Assembly: GCA_041287635.1 (NCBI GenBank)
Contig: JBGGNG010000186.1
Coordinates: 13,211 to 77,210, forward strand
Direction: 5' to 3'
Origin: Actinomycetota bacterium
GTDB lineage: Bacteria; Actinomycetota; UBA4738; HRBIN12
DNA length: 64,000 nt
The position numbers and the translations under genes were made by a program. The notes beneath the pieces are model-generated. The model saw nothing but the letters and a program-made list of their open reading frames with translations. It did not search any database and had not been told where the DNA came from. Of this stretch, positions 17,570-28,206 are shown one piece after another. How positions within the stretch are numbered: the first letter of the stretch is position 1; each line of letters starts with the position of its first letter.

Positions 17570-18859
17570 TCAGGGGGTCGGATCTCGCGCGTCGTATCGC
17601 CAGAAGCCGGGCGCGAACCACCGCAGGATGCCCACGCCGACGATCGTGAGCAACCCGCCCGACACGATCGAGAACGGCACGCTCGTGAGCGAGGCCACCG
17701 CGCCCGATTCCACGTTGCCGAGGGAGGGCCCGGTCGCCCACACGGCCATGCCGATGCCGTCGAGCCGTCCGCGGAGGCGATCCTCCACGGCCGTCTGCAG
17801 GATCGTGGAGCGGTAGATACCGCTCACCATGTCGCCGGCGCCCGCCACCGTGAGCATCGCGAGGGAGAGCCAGAGCACGTCTGAGAACCCGAAGACGACG
17901 ATCGCGAGGCCCCATACGGCGACCGCGATCAGGATCGCGCGACCTTGACGACGCACGTGCTTGGCACGTCCGGAGAGCATCGTCGCGAGGAACGAGCCGA
18001 CGGCCGGTGCGGCGTAGAGCAGGCCAAGCACGAACGGCCCCTCGCCGAGCCGGTCCGCGACCGCCGGGAACAGCGCGATCGGGAACCCGAAGACCATCGC
18101 GTTCAGGTCCACCAGGAACACGGTCTGCAACGTGCGTTTGCCCTTCAGGAACCGGAAGCCGTCTTTGATCGCTTCCCAGCTCACCTCGTTCTCCTCGTCG
18201 CTGGGCGGCGACGGGTGCATGCGCGCGATCTGCACGATCACGAAGAGGAACGTGAACGCGTCGAACACGAACGCCCCGCTCGGCGAGATCGTGGCGAGCA
18301 ACACGCCCGCGACGACCGGGCCGAGCATCGATCCGAACGTGCCGAAACCCGCCTCGAGCGCCTTCACCGAGGGCAGCAGATCAGGGTCGACGAGCCGCGC
18401 CGGCCACGTGTCGAGGGCGGGTCGGTTGAACGTGTAGAGCCCGGCCGAGACGAACGCGAACGCGTACAGCGGCCACAGCAGCGGCTCGTCGAGGAACGCG
18501 TTCACCGCCATGAACGCCGACATCACGACGAGGATCAGGTGGGTCACGATCGTGAGCCGCCGTCGCTCGAGCGCGTCGGCGAACGCCCCTCCGACGATCG
18601 GGAACACGAAGACCGGCACCAGCTCCACGAGCCCGATCAGCCCGACCGCGAGCGTCGAGCCCGTGATGTCGTACACCTGGAACGGCACGACCACCGCCAC
18701 GATCTCGTCCCCGAAGTCCGAGACCGAGCGGCCGATGAAGAGCTTCCGGAAGTCCGGCGACACCTTGAGCGGGGTGACGTCGACCAGGTGCCCCCGAGCG
18801 CGCGCGAGGAAGCCCTTGGGCTGCGGGTCGTGCGGTGGTGATCCGAGGTGGTCGGCCAT
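17570..18859 (-). CDS. MFS transporter (EntS/H+ antiporter-like)
   Basis: DVTPL...FRKL, GGAFADALERRR, LRGRLDG, GP.LGNVESG; 12 TM helices. Confidence 0.88.
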   Translation of the reverse strand: MADHLGSPPHDPQPKGFLARARGHLVDVTPLKVSPDFRKLFIGRSVSDFGDEIVAVVVPFQVYDITGSTLAVGLIGLVELVPVFVFPIVGGAFADALERRRLTIVTHLILVVMSAFMAVNAFLDEPLLWPLYAFAFVSAGLYTFNRPALDTWPARLVDPDLLPSVKALEAGFGTFGSMLGPVVAGVLLATISPSGAFVFDAFTFLFVIVQIARMHPSPPSDEENEVSWEAIKDGFRFLKGKRTLQTVFLVDLNAMVFGFPIALFPAVADRLGEGPFVLGLLYAAPAVGSFLATMLSGRAKHVRRQGRAILIAVAVWGLAIVVFGFSDVLWLSLAMLTVAGAGDMVSGIYRSTILQTAVEDRLRGRLDGIGMAVWATGPSLGNVESGAVASLTSVPFSIVSGGLLTIVGVGILRWFAPGFWRYDARDPTP

Positions 18860-18892
18860 GACGGCCGCCCACGCTACCGGCTCGCGCCGGGT

Positions 18893-19374
18893 TCAGTGGT
18901 GCCGGGCGTACCGGACGAGCTCGCGGAACCGTTCGTGGGTTCAGGCGTCGAGACTCTCCGCAGGCCCCGTCGAATCGGGAAGTGCCATCGTCGCGTTGCC
19001 GAGCGACGAGCCCGTACCGGCCACCGATGGTGAGTTCGAGGTTCTCCCCGGCCCCCACGCCGGGTGCGGCCTTCCAGAACCGGACCCGCGCGATGCGAGG
19101 CCCGTACCCGACGGGATGCTCCACGACCTCGACGCGCGCGATCGTGTCGCCACCTCGGGGATCGCCACCGAGGTCGCGATGGCCGACCACGCGGCCGAGG
19201 ATCAGCAACGGGAACCGGGGCTCCCCGGTCGTGTCGGCATCGATCATCTCCCGCAAGGCGAGCGCATCAGGGTCCTCCGCACAGGCGGCGACGGCGGGCG
19301 GAGCCGCCCACACGCCAATTCCCGCCACGAGGAGCAACCGGGACGATCACGGCGATGAGCGGGCGTCGTCGCAT
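18893..19374 (-). pseudogene. Secreted hypothetical protein interrupted by two apparent single-base insertions
   Basis: MRRRPLIAVIVP (shift) LLLVAGIGVWAAPPAVAAC...FDGACGESRRLN (shift) HERFRELVRYARHH*; the repaired gene fills the intergenic space. Confidence 0.55.
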
Positions 19375-19388
19375 CGTCGAACGGCACC

Positions 19389-20225
19389 TCATCGGAGCAA
19401 GCGGCTCATCCGGCGATCGGCGAGCACCTTCCCGCCCGTCTGACAGTCGGGGCAGTACGTCACCTCGTGCGACTCGTAGCTCACGCGTCGCAGGTCGGCG
19501 CCGCACACCGGGCATGGCTCCCCCGACCGGTTGTGCACGGTGAAGTGGTCGCCGATCTTCGTGGGAAGGCCGCCCTGGCGCTTCCGCTCCACTTCGAGCG
19601 CCTCGGCCAGGACCGCATGCGTGGCTTCGATCAGCCGTTCCCGCTCGTCATCGGAGAGCTTGGCGAGCGAGGCGTACGGGGAGAGCTTCGCCCGATGCAG
19701 GATGTCGTCGCTGTAGCCGCGACCGACGCCGGTCACCGTGCGTTGGTCGCGCAGGATCGTGTGGACGCGACGGGCGTCGTCGCCCGAGCGGATGAGCTCG
19801 TCGGCCTCGGGACCCGCCGCTTCCGGGCCGAGCCTGTCGAGCGGGCCGTCGTCCCCTGCCGCGAGCACCCACCAGCCGGCCTTGCGCTCCTTGCCGAACT
19901 CCTTCACGAGCACGCTCGGGCGGTCGTGCGCTCGGATCCGCAGCACCGAGCCGCGAGGCTTCGTCGACTTCGGCGGCGCCTCGACGTCGACGCGCCCTCC
20001 CTGCGAGAGGTGCACGAGCACCCGCAGGCCGTCGTCGAGCTCGACCACGAGGTACTTCCCCCGGCGGACGACGCGCTCGATCGAGCGGCCCAGCGCCTCC
20101 GCCGGCTTCGGCGCGAACGTCTTCAGCGATGAAAACTGCAGCATGTCGAGCGCGTCGAGCGTCGCGCCTGCGAGCACCTCGTCGAGCCGCTCGGCGAGCG
20201 CCTGCACCTCCGGCATCTCGGGCAT
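19389..20225 (-). CDS. Fpg/Nei family DNA glycosylase (MutM2-like)
   Basis: N-terminal MPEMPEV, RRGKYL, H2[14 protein letters not shown], zinc finger CPVC...CPDCQ. Confidence 0.92.
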   Translation of the reverse strand: MPEMPEVQALAERLDEVLAGATLDALDMLQFSSLKTFAPKPAEALGRSIERVVRRGKYLVVELDDGLRVLVHLSQGGRVDVEAPPKSTKPRGSVLRIRAHDRPSVLVKEFGKERKAGWWVLAAGDDGPLDRLGPEAAGPEADELIRSGDDARRVHTILRDQRTVTGVGRGYSDDILHRAKLSPYASLAKLSDDERERLIEATHAVLAEALEVERKRQGGLPTKIGDHFTVHNRSGEPCPVCGADLRRVSYESHEVTYCPDCQTGGKVLADRRMSRLLR

Positions 20226-20233
20226 CGCTCGCC

Positions 20234-21628
20234 CTACGCAGCGAGCTCCGCGGCAGCCTTCGCCACGATCTCGATGCATTCGTCGATGCGGTCGCGGTGC
20301 GTGCGGTGCGACACGATGCAGATGCGCAGCACGTAGCGGCCGTGGATCCGCGTCGAGGACAGGAACACGCGTTTCGACGCGTTGATGCGTCGCAGGAACT
20401 CCGCCTGGCGTTCGTCGTCCGCGTCATCCGCAAGGCGGAACGCGACAGTGCTCAGCTGCGGCCGCCAGCACACCTCGACGTTCGGGTCGGCCTCGAGGGC
20501 CTCGGCGACCACACCGGCGAGGTCGAGCTTCTCCTCGAGCGCCTCGCGGAACGCCGCCACCCCGTGCAGCCGCAGGGGGAACCACACGCGGAGCCCGCGC
20601 CAGTCGCGCGAGAGCTCGGCGGAGTACTCGCTGTAGTTCGGCAGCTCCCCGGTCGGCGGCAGGTCCTGCAGGTAGGCGGCCCCCTCGTAGTGCGCGTCCC
20701 GCAGCTCCTGCCCGTCGCGCACGACAAGCCCCCCCGTGCCGTACGGCAGGAACATGCCCTTGTGCGGATCGAGGGTCACCGAGTCGCTGCGCTCGATGCC
20801 CCGGAACGCCGCGCGCCCGCGCTCGGTGAGCTGGAAGAAGCCGCCGTAGGCGCCGTCGACATGCATCCACAGTCCCTCGTCGGCGGCGATGTCGGCGATC
20901 GCGTCGAGAGGATCGATCGCGCCCGTGTTCGTCGTGCCCGCGCTCGGCGCCACGAGGAACGGCCGGAGCCCGGCCGCTCGGTCCTCGCCCACGAGTGCCC
21001 GCAACGCCTCGGGGTCCATGCGCAGCTCTGCGTCGGTCGGCACGATGCGCAGGTTCCGCTTCGAGAAGCCGGCGATCGTGGCGGCCTTCGTGACGCTCGC
21101 ATGCGCCTGCTCACTCACGTAGTACGTACCGTCGAGGAAGTCCTCCCCCAGCTTCGCGTGGCGAGCGGTCACCATCGCCGAGAGGTTCGCCATCGAGCCG
21201 CCCGAGAGCAGCAGCCCTTGCGAACCCTCCGGGTAGTCGAAGACGTCGCAGAGCCAGGTGGTGACGTTCTCCTCGATCTGCACGACCGCCGGGCTCGGCT
21301 GCCACAGGCCGACGTAGCGGTTCACCCCTTGAGCGAGGAAGTCGGCGAGCGCCGCGGTGTAGAGACCGCCCCCGGGGATGTACGCGAGGTAGCCGGGTCC
21401 GGCGTACTCGAACGTGTGCGCGATCGCGCGTTGCGCCTCGTCGAAGAGCGGTTCGAAGTCACCGCCGCGCTCGGGCGGGACCCCACGGAGCTCGCGTGCG
21501 AGCTCGACCGCTCCTTCGGTGGCCTCGGCAGGCGCGTCGTCGAGGCCGTGGATGAACCCGATCAGGTACTCGAGCGCGGACTCCCCCATCGCGCGCATCT
21601 CGGCCGGAGCGGGATCGAGCGGCAGCAT
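20234..21628 (-). CDS. Group II PLP-dependent amino-acid decarboxylase
   Basis: [36 protein letters not shown]; TACGAT 7 nt before ATG 21628. Confidence 0.9.
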   Translation of the reverse strand: MLPLDPAPAEMRAMGESALEYLIGFIHGLDDAPAEATEGAVELARELRGVPPERGGDFEPLFDEAQRAIAHTFEYAGPGYLAYIPGGGLYTAALADFLAQGVNRYVGLWQPSPAVVQIEENVTTWLCDVFDYPEGSQGLLLSGGSMANLSAMVTARHAKLGEDFLDGTYYVSEQAHASVTKAATIAGFSKRNLRIVPTDAELRMDPEALRALVGEDRAAGLRPFLVAPSAGTTNTGAIDPLDAIADIAADEGLWMHVDGAYGGFFQLTERGRAAFRGIERSDSVTLDPHKGMFLPYGTGGLVVRDGQELRDAHYEGAAYLQDLPPTGELPNYSEYSAELSRDWRGLRVWFPLRLHGVAAFREALEEKLDLAGVVAEALEADPNVEVCWRPQLSTVAFRLADDADDERQAEFLRRINASKRVFLSSTRIHGRYVLRICIVSHRTHRDRIDECIEIVAKAAAELAA

Positions 21629-21672
21629 GAGGGCCATCGTAGCGGCGGACGGGTCGCGAGAAGTGGGGCGAC

Positions 21673-21885
21673 TCAGCGCGCCGTGCCAGCAGGGCTCACG
21701 TCGTCGAGCAGGGTCTTCGACGCTTCCGCGACCGCCTCGACGGCCCGCTCGAAGGCCTCCTCGTTCTTGCGAGAGGGCTGGCGGTAGCCGCTCACCTTCC
21801 GCACGTACTGCAGGGCGGCGGCACGGATGTCGTCCTCGGTCGCCGGCTCGTCGGCGCTGCGCAGGGTTTTGATGCTTCGGCACAT
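21673..21885 (-). CDS. DUF2277 family protein
   Basis: MCRSIKTLR...AAALQYVRKVSG...N..AF signature. Confidence 0.88.
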   Translation of the reverse strand: MCRSIKTLRSADEPATEDDIRAAALQYVRKVSGYRQPSRKNEEAFERAVEAVAEASKTLLDDVSPAGTAR

Positions 21886-21919
21886 GCGTCGCAGCCTACC
21901 GAGAGTCGACCCCTATGAG

Positions 21920-22960
21920 CTATCCGGCGCTCGCCCGCCTCTTCGCGAGTGCGCTGATCGCCTCCATCACCGTGCGATGGGCCAGGATCGCCGTGACCTC
22001 GGCGTGGTCGTAAGGCGGTGAGACCTCGACCACATCCATGCCCACCAGGTCGACCTGGCCCACGATCTCGCGCACCGCTCGCAGCAGCTCGCGCGCGAGC
22101 ATGCCGCCAGACTCGGGCGTGCCGGTCGCCGGCGCCATGCCGGGGTCGACCACGTCGATGTCGACGCTCAGGTAGATGCAGTCGGGGCCGTCGAGCGCCT
22201 CGGCGATCGCGTCGGCGATCACCGCCTCGCTGCCACGTTCCTCGATCTCGACCATCGTGTGCCACCGCAGGCCCTGCTCGCGCATCCAGTCCCAGGTCTC
22301 CTGCTCGGGCCAGTAGCCGCGCAGCCCGACCTGCACGAAGTTAGGCCCGGCAACCCATCCTTCCTCGATCAGGCGCCGCATCGGCTCGCCGTGGCCGTAC
22401 AGGTTGCCCCACTGGTCGGCGCCGGTGTCGGCGTGCGCGTCGAAGTGCACGATGCCGACCTTCCGTGGCCACACGGCACGCGCGACGCCCGCCGCGCTCG
22501 GATACGTGATCGAGTGGTCGCCGCCGAGCACGATCGGCACGGGACCGGCGTTCGCGACGCGGTACACCTTCTCGTGGATCACCCGCAGCGCGCGCTCGAA
22601 GCGTGTCGGCACGATCGGTGCGTCGCCGGCGTCGACCACCGTGAGGTGCTCGTAGGGCTCGACGTCGAGCTGGATCGACCAGGCGTACTCGCGACTCCAG
22701 GCCGTGGGCGCCATGCGGATCGCGCGCGGCCCGAACCGGGCCCCGGGCCGCGACGACGTGCCCTCGTCGAGCGGAGCGCCGACGATCGCGACGTCGGCGT
22801 TCGCCGCACGCAGGGACTCGTCGTCGGTGGCCCACGGCAGCTTCTCGAACGACCCCCGCCAATCGGAGTAATAGGGCAGGTCGGTGCTCGTGAACTCGCT
22901 GAACTCGTCGTCACCGAGCAGCTCGCTGTGCTCCAGGCGGAAGTCGGGTCGGTCGCTCAT
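21920..22960 (-). CDS. speB: Agmatinase-like ureohydrolase
   Basis: RPGARFGP, GGDHS, DAHAD, SVDIDVVDP, VEVSPPYD; exact substrate uncertain. Confidence 0.8.
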   Translation of the reverse strand: MSDRPDFRLEHSELLGDDEFSEFTSTDLPYYSDWRGSFEKLPWATDDESLRAANADVAIVGAPLDEGTSSRPGARFGPRAIRMAPTAWSREYAWSIQLDVEPYEHLTVVDAGDAPIVPTRFERALRVIHEKVYRVANAGPVPIVLGGDHSITYPSAAGVARAVWPRKVGIVHFDAHADTGADQWGNLYGHGEPMRRLIEEGWVAGPNFVQVGLRGYWPEQETWDWMREQGLRWHTMVEIEERGSEAVIADAIAEALDGPDCIYLSVDIDVVDPGMAPATGTPESGGMLARELLRAVREIVGQVDLVGMDVVEVSPPYDHAEVTAILAHRTVMEAISALAKRRASAG

Positions 22961-23045
22961 GTCCGCGAAGCTTCCCACACGAACGCCGCGGACCTCCATC
23001 GACTCGTCACACGTGCAGTGCCGCTCGGAGGCTAGGCTCCGCGCT

Positions 23046-23981
23046 GTGGAACCTGCTCGCCGTGGCGGACGCCCGCGCCGCCTGCTGCCCATCCTGATCG
23101 CGGTCGCCATTCCCTGGGTGTGGTTCGGCATCCGCGACGTCGGCGGTCCCGTCGACACCGTGGCGGTCGGCCTCCCGTTGATCGGTGTCGCGGCGGTCGT
23201 GGTGGGCGCGATCGTCGGCCTGGCCACGCGGCGTGCATGGCCGGTGCTCGCCGGCACGTCGGTCCTGGTGGTCTGCTCGATCGCGGTGATCTCACCGCGG
23301 CTGCCTCGCGCGATCGCCTCTCCCGATCCGGGTGCCCGCCTGGTCGTGGCGAACGTGTGGGACGACAACCCGACCGAGGCGGCCGTACCGGGATCCCTCC
23401 TCGCCGGAGATCCCGACGTCGTGGTCGCCGTGGAGATGTCGAACGACGAGTTCTACGAGAGGATGACCGCCCAGGCCACCGCCTCGGGTCTCACCTCGAC
23501 CGTGGAAGACGGCGAGCTCGGGGCATGGTCGCGATTCCCGCTCAGGGAGCTCGGCGACCTGGGGCTGCCACCCGCACGCGTGATGCGGGTCGGCGTCGAT
23601 GCGCCCGGGATGCCCTTCGTGCTCTACGTCGTGCATTCCCTGAACCCCCTGCGCGACACGAGCTTCGCCGACCAGCACCTCTTCACCGACGAGCTGCTGG
23701 CCGCCGTCGGTCAGGAGGTCCGCCCCGTGGTCGTGACCGGCGACTTCAACATGAGCGACCGGGTGGTGAGCTACCGGGCGATGGACGCCGCTCTCACCGA
23801 CGCGATGCGGGCCGGCACCGCCGGCCGCACCACCTACGTCGGACGGTGGTGGACGACGCTCCTCCTGCGCATCGACCACGTGTTCGTCGAGCCCGCCTGG
23901 TGCGCGCAGGACCCAGGCTCGATCACCGTGCCCGGATCGGATCACCGGGGCGTACGGGTCACCGTCGGACCCTGTCCGTGA
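23046..23981 (+). CDS. Membrane-anchored endonuclease/exonuclease/phosphatase family protein
   Basis: Three N-terminal TM helices, GDFN, RIDHVF, GSDHRG. Confidence 0.85.
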   Translation: MEPARRGGRPRRLLPILIAVAIPWVWFGIRDVGGPVDTVAVGLPLIGVAAVVVGAIVGLATRRAWPVLAGTSVLVVCSIAVISPRLPRAIASPDPGARLVVANVWDDNPTEAAVPGSLLAGDPDVVVAVEMSNDEFYERMTAQATASGLTSTVEDGELGAWSRFPLRELGDLGLPPARVMRVGVDAPGMPFVLYVVHSLNPLRDTSFADQHLFTDELLAAVGQEVRPVVVTGDFNMSDRVVSYRAMDAALTDAMRAGTAGRTTYVGRWWTTLLLRIDHVFVEPAWCAQDPGSITVPGSDHRGVRVTVGPCP

Positions 23982-24040
23982 ACCTCTGCACCCGCGGGCA
24001 GACCGATGTCGTTCGGCCGGGCGGCGCGCATTATCGGTGC

Positions 24041-24535
24041 ATGGCTGCCACTCCTGTCGAAGCGGCCCACGGTCACGAGTCCGTGTGGCGCTACCCCCGC
24101 CCGCCCGCGTTCGTGCTCGACGAGCGTCACGTCGTCGTGACGTTCGCAGGTGTCACGATTGCCGAGACGACCTCGGCCGTCAGAGTCCTCGAGACGAGTC
24201 ATCCACCGACCTTCTACCTGCCGCTCGACGACGTGCGCCGCGACGTGCTTCGCACGGCCGAGGGGGCGTCGTTCTGCGAGTGGAAGGGTGCCGCCGCCTA
24301 CGTGGACGTGGTGGTGGGCGATCTGGTGGCGTGGCACGCCGGTTGGTACTACCGGGATCCGAGCCTCGCGTACCAGGCACTGCGCGGCCACCTCGCGTTC
24401 TACGCGGGCAGGGTCGAGCGCTGCACGGTCGACGGCATCGCGGTGACGCCCCAGCCCGGCGGCTTCTACGGGGGCTGGATCACGCCCGATGTCGCCGGTC
24501 CCTTCAAGGGGGAGCCGGGCACCGGGAGTTGGTGA
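24041..24535 (+). CDS. DUF427 family protein
   Basis: ESVWRYPRPP, VLETSHPP, CEWKG, QPGGFYGGWIT, FKGEPG. Confidence 0.88.
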   Translation: MAATPVEAAHGHESVWRYPRPPAFVLDERHVVVTFAGVTIAETTSAVRVLETSHPPTFYLPLDDVRRDVLRTAEGASFCEWKGAAAYVDVVVGDLVAWHAGWYYRDPSLAYQALRGHLAFYAGRVERCTVDGIAVTPQPGGFYGGWITPDVAGPFKGEPGTGSW

Positions 24536-24584
24536 GAACCGCGCAGGCCGGGGACGAGCCCCTGCCCTCGCGATCGTCGACGCG

Positions 24585-25520
24585 CTAGAGGATGCCCGCG
24601 CCCGTCAGGTACTCCTCGGCGACGTCGGACACGTCGCGCTTGTCGTTCAGGATCTGCCCCACCATCTCGCGCATGTTCTCGTCGGTCAGCGTCGTCGTGA
24701 CGGTGTCGAGCAGCGCGCCGAGCTCGTCGCTCGCGACCTCCTCGCGCACGACCGGGATGAAGTTCCCGTTCGCCTGCAGGTTCTCGTTGTCGGTGAGCAC
24801 CACGTAGCCCTTGTCCTGGATCGTCGGATCGAGCGAGAACAACACGCCGACGTCGACCGCGCCGCTGTCGAGCGCGGCGACCGTCTTCGGCCCGCCGAAG
24901 TCGAGCGGGCGGAACTCGCCGAAGGTGATGCCGTAGGTCTCTTCCAGGCCCGGCGTGCAGAAAGACGCCTTCGGGCAATCGGTCGGTCCACCGAGTGTCA
25001 GATCGCCGGCGACCGGTGCGAGGCTGCTCATGTCGGTGAGCGAGTTCGCCTCGGCGGTCTCCGGGGTCACCACGAATACGTTCGTGCTGTTGGCCGGCGA
25101 GATGGCATACGTCACCAGCCCCTCGGGCTCGAGCGCCGCGGTGAGCGCGTCGGCCACCGCTTGCGGATCGCCGTTCGTCGTCGCGGTCTCGTCGTACAGC
25201 GGCAGATCGAACCCCGTGTACTCGGGCTTCAGGTCGATCTCACCAGCGGCGAGCGCCTCGTTGCTGACCTCCCGGTCGAGCAGGTCGAGTTCCCGGGTGA
25301 CGGTGTAGCCGTCGGCTTCCAGGACCTGCGCATACATCTCGGCGACGACCTGGTTCTCGGCGAAATCGCCGGACACGCCGACGACGATCTCGCCCTTGGG
25401 CTCTGAGCTCGGCGAGTCGCCGTCGCCCGTGTCGTCCCCACCCGAGTCCCCGCACGCGGCCACCAGCAACGACAGCGCGAGGAGGCCCGCCCCGAGGACG
25501 AACATGCGGTGCTTCCGCAT
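24585..25520 (-). CDS. Osmoprotectant (glycine betaine/choline-type) ABC substrate-binding lipoprotein
   Basis: Lipobox LVAAC, FAEN...AEMY, PEYTG, C...FC.PGLE.TYG. Confidence 0.88.
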   Translation of the reverse strand: MRKHRMFVLGAGLLALSLLVAACGDSGGDDTGDGDSPSSEPKGEIVVGVSGDFAENQVVAEMYAQVLEADGYTVTRELDLLDREVSNEALAAGEIDLKPEYTGFDLPLYDETATTNGDPQAVADALTAALEPEGLVTYAISPANSTNVFVVTPETAEANSLTDMSSLAPVAGDLTLGGPTDCPKASFCTPGLEETYGITFGEFRPLDFGGPKTVAALDSGAVDVGVLFSLDPTIQDKGYVVLTDNENLQANGNFIPVVREEVASDELGALLDTVTTTLTDENMREMVGQILNDKRDVSDVAEEYLTGAGIL

Positions 25521-25642
25521 GGGTATCCCTCCATCCAGTCATGGGGTGTCCATCTCCCCGACGGTGGACATCCGAGCACCGTATCAAGTGGCGCGCTCGT
25601 TCCTGCTCGCGATGCGGTGCAGTCACGGCAAGGAACCGACCG

Positions 25643-26344
25643 TTACAACGGGGCCTTCCCCGACCCGGAGCTCAGCGTCGGTGACGTGGCCTTGGCGAGC
25701 AGCGAGAACGCCAGATCGGTGAGCAACGAGAGCACCGCCACGAGGATCGCCCCGGCCACGATCTTGTCGTTCTCCCGCAGCGCGAACCCGTCGACGATGT
25801 AGCGGCCTAGCCCCCCGCCGGCGATGAGCGCGGCGAGGCCGGCGGTCGCAACGATCTGCACGGCGGCGAGCCGCAGCCCGGTCATGATCAACGGCATCGC
25901 CATCGGCACCTCGAGCCTCCAGAGCACCTGCCGTCCACTCATGCCCATGCCCCTCGCGGCCTCGACCGTGTCGGGATCCACCTGCTGGATGCCCACGTAC
26001 GTGTTGATCAGGATCACCGGGATCCCCAGCAGCGTGAGGGCCACGATCGTGGGCAGGAACCCGAACGCGAGCGACGGGAACTCCTTCACCGCGATCAGGA
26101 ACATGATGGACAGGATCGCCAGCGATGGGATCGACCGCCCGACGTTGGCGAACTGCACGGTCCAGAACTGCCCGCGCCGGGTGTGGCCGATCCACAGGCC
26201 GATCGGCACGGCGATGAGCGACGCGATCACCAGCGCGATCACCGACAGCTGCACGTGCTCCCACACCCGAGCCGGGATGCCGTCGACCCCGGACCAATTC
26301 GCCGGGTCGACGAGCCACTGCAGGCCCTCGAGCAGCCCGCTCAC
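25643..26344 (-). CDS. Osmoprotectant ABC permease
   Basis: RSIPSLA, EAARGMGMS loop, VATAGLAALIAGGGLG. Confidence 0.9.
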   Translation of the reverse strand: MSGLLEGLQWLVDPANWSGVDGIPARVWEHVQLSVIALVIASLIAVPIGLWIGHTRRGQFWTVQFANVGRSIPSLAILSIMFLIAVKEFPSLAFGFLPTIVALTLLGIPVILINTYVGIQQVDPDTVEAARGMGMSGRQVLWRLEVPMAMPLIMTGLRLAAVQIVATAGLAALIAGGGLGRYIVDGFALRENDKIVAGAILVAVLSLLTDLAFSLLAKATSPTLSSGSGKAPL

Positions 26345-27054
26345 GTGGCCACCGCCCGCACGCCCGACGCCCTGGCCCACGGAGTCACGAGCCGCTGCAG
26401 ACCGAGCAGCAGCAGGTCGGCGGCGAACGCCAGGGCGACGGACAGCACGACGCCAACGAGCAGCGGGGTCCAGAAGAACGTGTTCAGGCCGTCGAGGATG
26501 AACTGACCGAACCCGCCCCTGCCGATCAGCGCCGCGATCGTGATCAGCCCGATCGAGCTCACCGTCGCGATGCGCAAGCCCGCGATGATCACCGGCATCG
26601 CGAGCGGCACCTCGACGCGCCACAGCAGCTGCCGGCGCGACAGCCCCATGCCGATTGCCGCTTCCTTCACCTCGGGTTCCACGGAGTCGAGGCCCGCGAG
26701 CGTGTTGCGGAACAGGATCAGCAGGCTGTACGCGATCAGCGGGACCACGACCGTCGTGAGCGAGAGGCCGGTGATGGGCAGCAGCAGGAAGATGAACGCG
26801 AACGCCGGGATCGTGTACAGCACGCCGGAGATCGACGTGATCGGCGACACCGCCCACCGGTGCCGCGAGGCGTAGACGGCCGCCGGGAACGCGATCAGGA
26901 ACCCGATCACCACGGTCACGATCGTCAGGTAGACGTGCTGCAACCCCCGGCTCACGATCTCGTCCACATGGTCGGAGATCCAGATCCAGCGGATCAGCGG
27001 CTCGGTGTCCTGCTGCGAGAGGAACGTCGTGGCGCCGGCGAGGAGGTCGCTCAC
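26341..27054 (-). CDS. Osmoprotectant ABC permease
   Basis: YTIPA, RNTLAGL, EAAIGMG, IAGLRIATV, GRGGFG. Confidence 0.9.
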   Translation of the reverse strand: MSDLLAGATTFLSQQDTEPLIRWIWISDHVDEIVSRGLQHVYLTIVTVVIGFLIAFPAAVYASRHRWAVSPITSISGVLYTIPAFAFIFLLLPITGLSLTTVVVPLIAYSLLILFRNTLAGLDSVEPEVKEAAIGMGLSRRQLLWRVEVPLAMPVIIAGLRIATVSSIGLITIAALIGRGGFGQFILDGLNTFFWTPLLVGVVLSVALAFAADLLLLGLQRLVTPWARASGVRAVAT

Positions 27055-28145
27055 GCGAGGATCTCCTGCGAGATGCGCTCCAGCGTCAAGACGCCGCGGT
27101 AGTGCTGGCCCTCGGTCACCACGACGGCCACCGCCGTCCGCGACGTGACGATCGAATCGAGGGCCTGGCGCAGCGAATCGCGTCCGGTCACGTACGCGCT
27201 GAACCTCCTCGGCGTGGCCTCACCCGCCATGACACACCCCTGCAACGCCTGATGGTCGACCCACCCGAGCAGCTCCCCCTCGTCGACCACGCTGACCCAT
27301 CCGAAGCCGGCGGCATCGATCGCGCGCCGGGCCTCGTCGGCGCCGGCCCCGGGCGCCACCACGGGGCCGGGGTCGACCTGGATGTCGTCGACCTTGATCA
27401 GCGCGAGCCGCTTCAGGCCTCGTTCCGCGCCGACGAACTCCCGAACGAAGTCGTTCGCGGGCTCTCGGAGCACGGTCTCCGGCGGCGCGAACTGCTCGAG
27501 CACGCCGCCGACGTTGAGGATCGCCATGCGGTCGCTCAGCTTGATCGCCTCGTCGACGTCGTGCGTCACGAACACGATCGTCTTGCGCAACCGATCCTGG
27601 ATCTCGAGGAACTGGTCCTGCAGCCTCCCCCGCACGATCGGATCCACCGCGGCGAAGGGCTCGTCCATCAGCATCACGGGCGGGTCGGCGGCGAGCGCGC
27701 GTGCCACCCCGACGCGCTGGCGCTGGCCCCCTGAGAGCTCCGCCGGATATCGGTCGGGCAACTCGCGGTCGAGGTCGAAGATCTCGAGCAGTTCGTCGAC
27801 GCGCGCGTCGACCCGTTCGTCGTCCCAGCCCACGAGGTGCGGCACCGTCGCGATGTTCTGCCGGATCGTGCGGTGCGGCAGCAGCCCGGTGTGCTGGATC
27901 ACGTAGCCGATGCCTCGACGGAGCTGAACCGGGTCCTGCTCGAGCACGTTCGTGCCGTCGAGCACGATGCGGCCACCGGTCGGCTCGATCAGGCGGTTGA
28001 TCATCTTCAGGGTGGTGGTCTTGCCGCAGCCCGACGGTCCGACGAGGGCGACGGTCTCCCCCTCGTCGATCTCGAGCGTGAGGTCGCCGACGGCCGCCGA
28101 GGCCGTTCCCGGGTAGCGCTTCTCGACGTGCTCGAGGGAGATCAT
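27051..28145 (-). CDS. Osmoprotectant ABC ATP-binding protein with CBS pair (OpuCA/ProV-like)
   Basis: GPSGCGKTT, LRRGIGYVIQ, LSGGQRQR, LMDEPF, C-terminal CBS-like region. Confidence 0.92.
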   Translation of the reverse strand: MISLEHVEKRYPGTASAAVGDLTLEIDEGETVALVGPSGCGKTTTLKMINRLIEPTGGRIVLDGTNVLEQDPVQLRRGIGYVIQHTGLLPHRTIRQNIATVPHLVGWDDERVDARVDELLEIFDLDRELPDRYPAELSGGQRQRVGVARALAADPPVMLMDEPFAAVDPIVRGRLQDQFLEIQDRLRKTIVFVTHDVDEAIKLSDRMAILNVGGVLEQFAPPETVLREPANDFVREFVGAERGLKRLALIKVDDIQVDPGPVVAPGAGADEARRAIDAAGFGWVSVVDEGELLGWVDHQALQGCVMAGEATPRRFSAYVTGRDSLRQALDSIVTSRTAVAVVVTEGQHYRGVLTLERISQEILA

Positions 28146-28206
28146 CGCTCGCCCGACCCTAGTGAGGGGCGGCGGGAACGTCCACGGCTCCGGTAGCGTG
28201 GCCTCG

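Noticed and set aside
25544-25573. Hairpin upstream of the substrate-binding protein gene as a riboswitch
   Set aside because: It pairs fully only on the non-coding strand through G-U pairs; no recognisable aptamer
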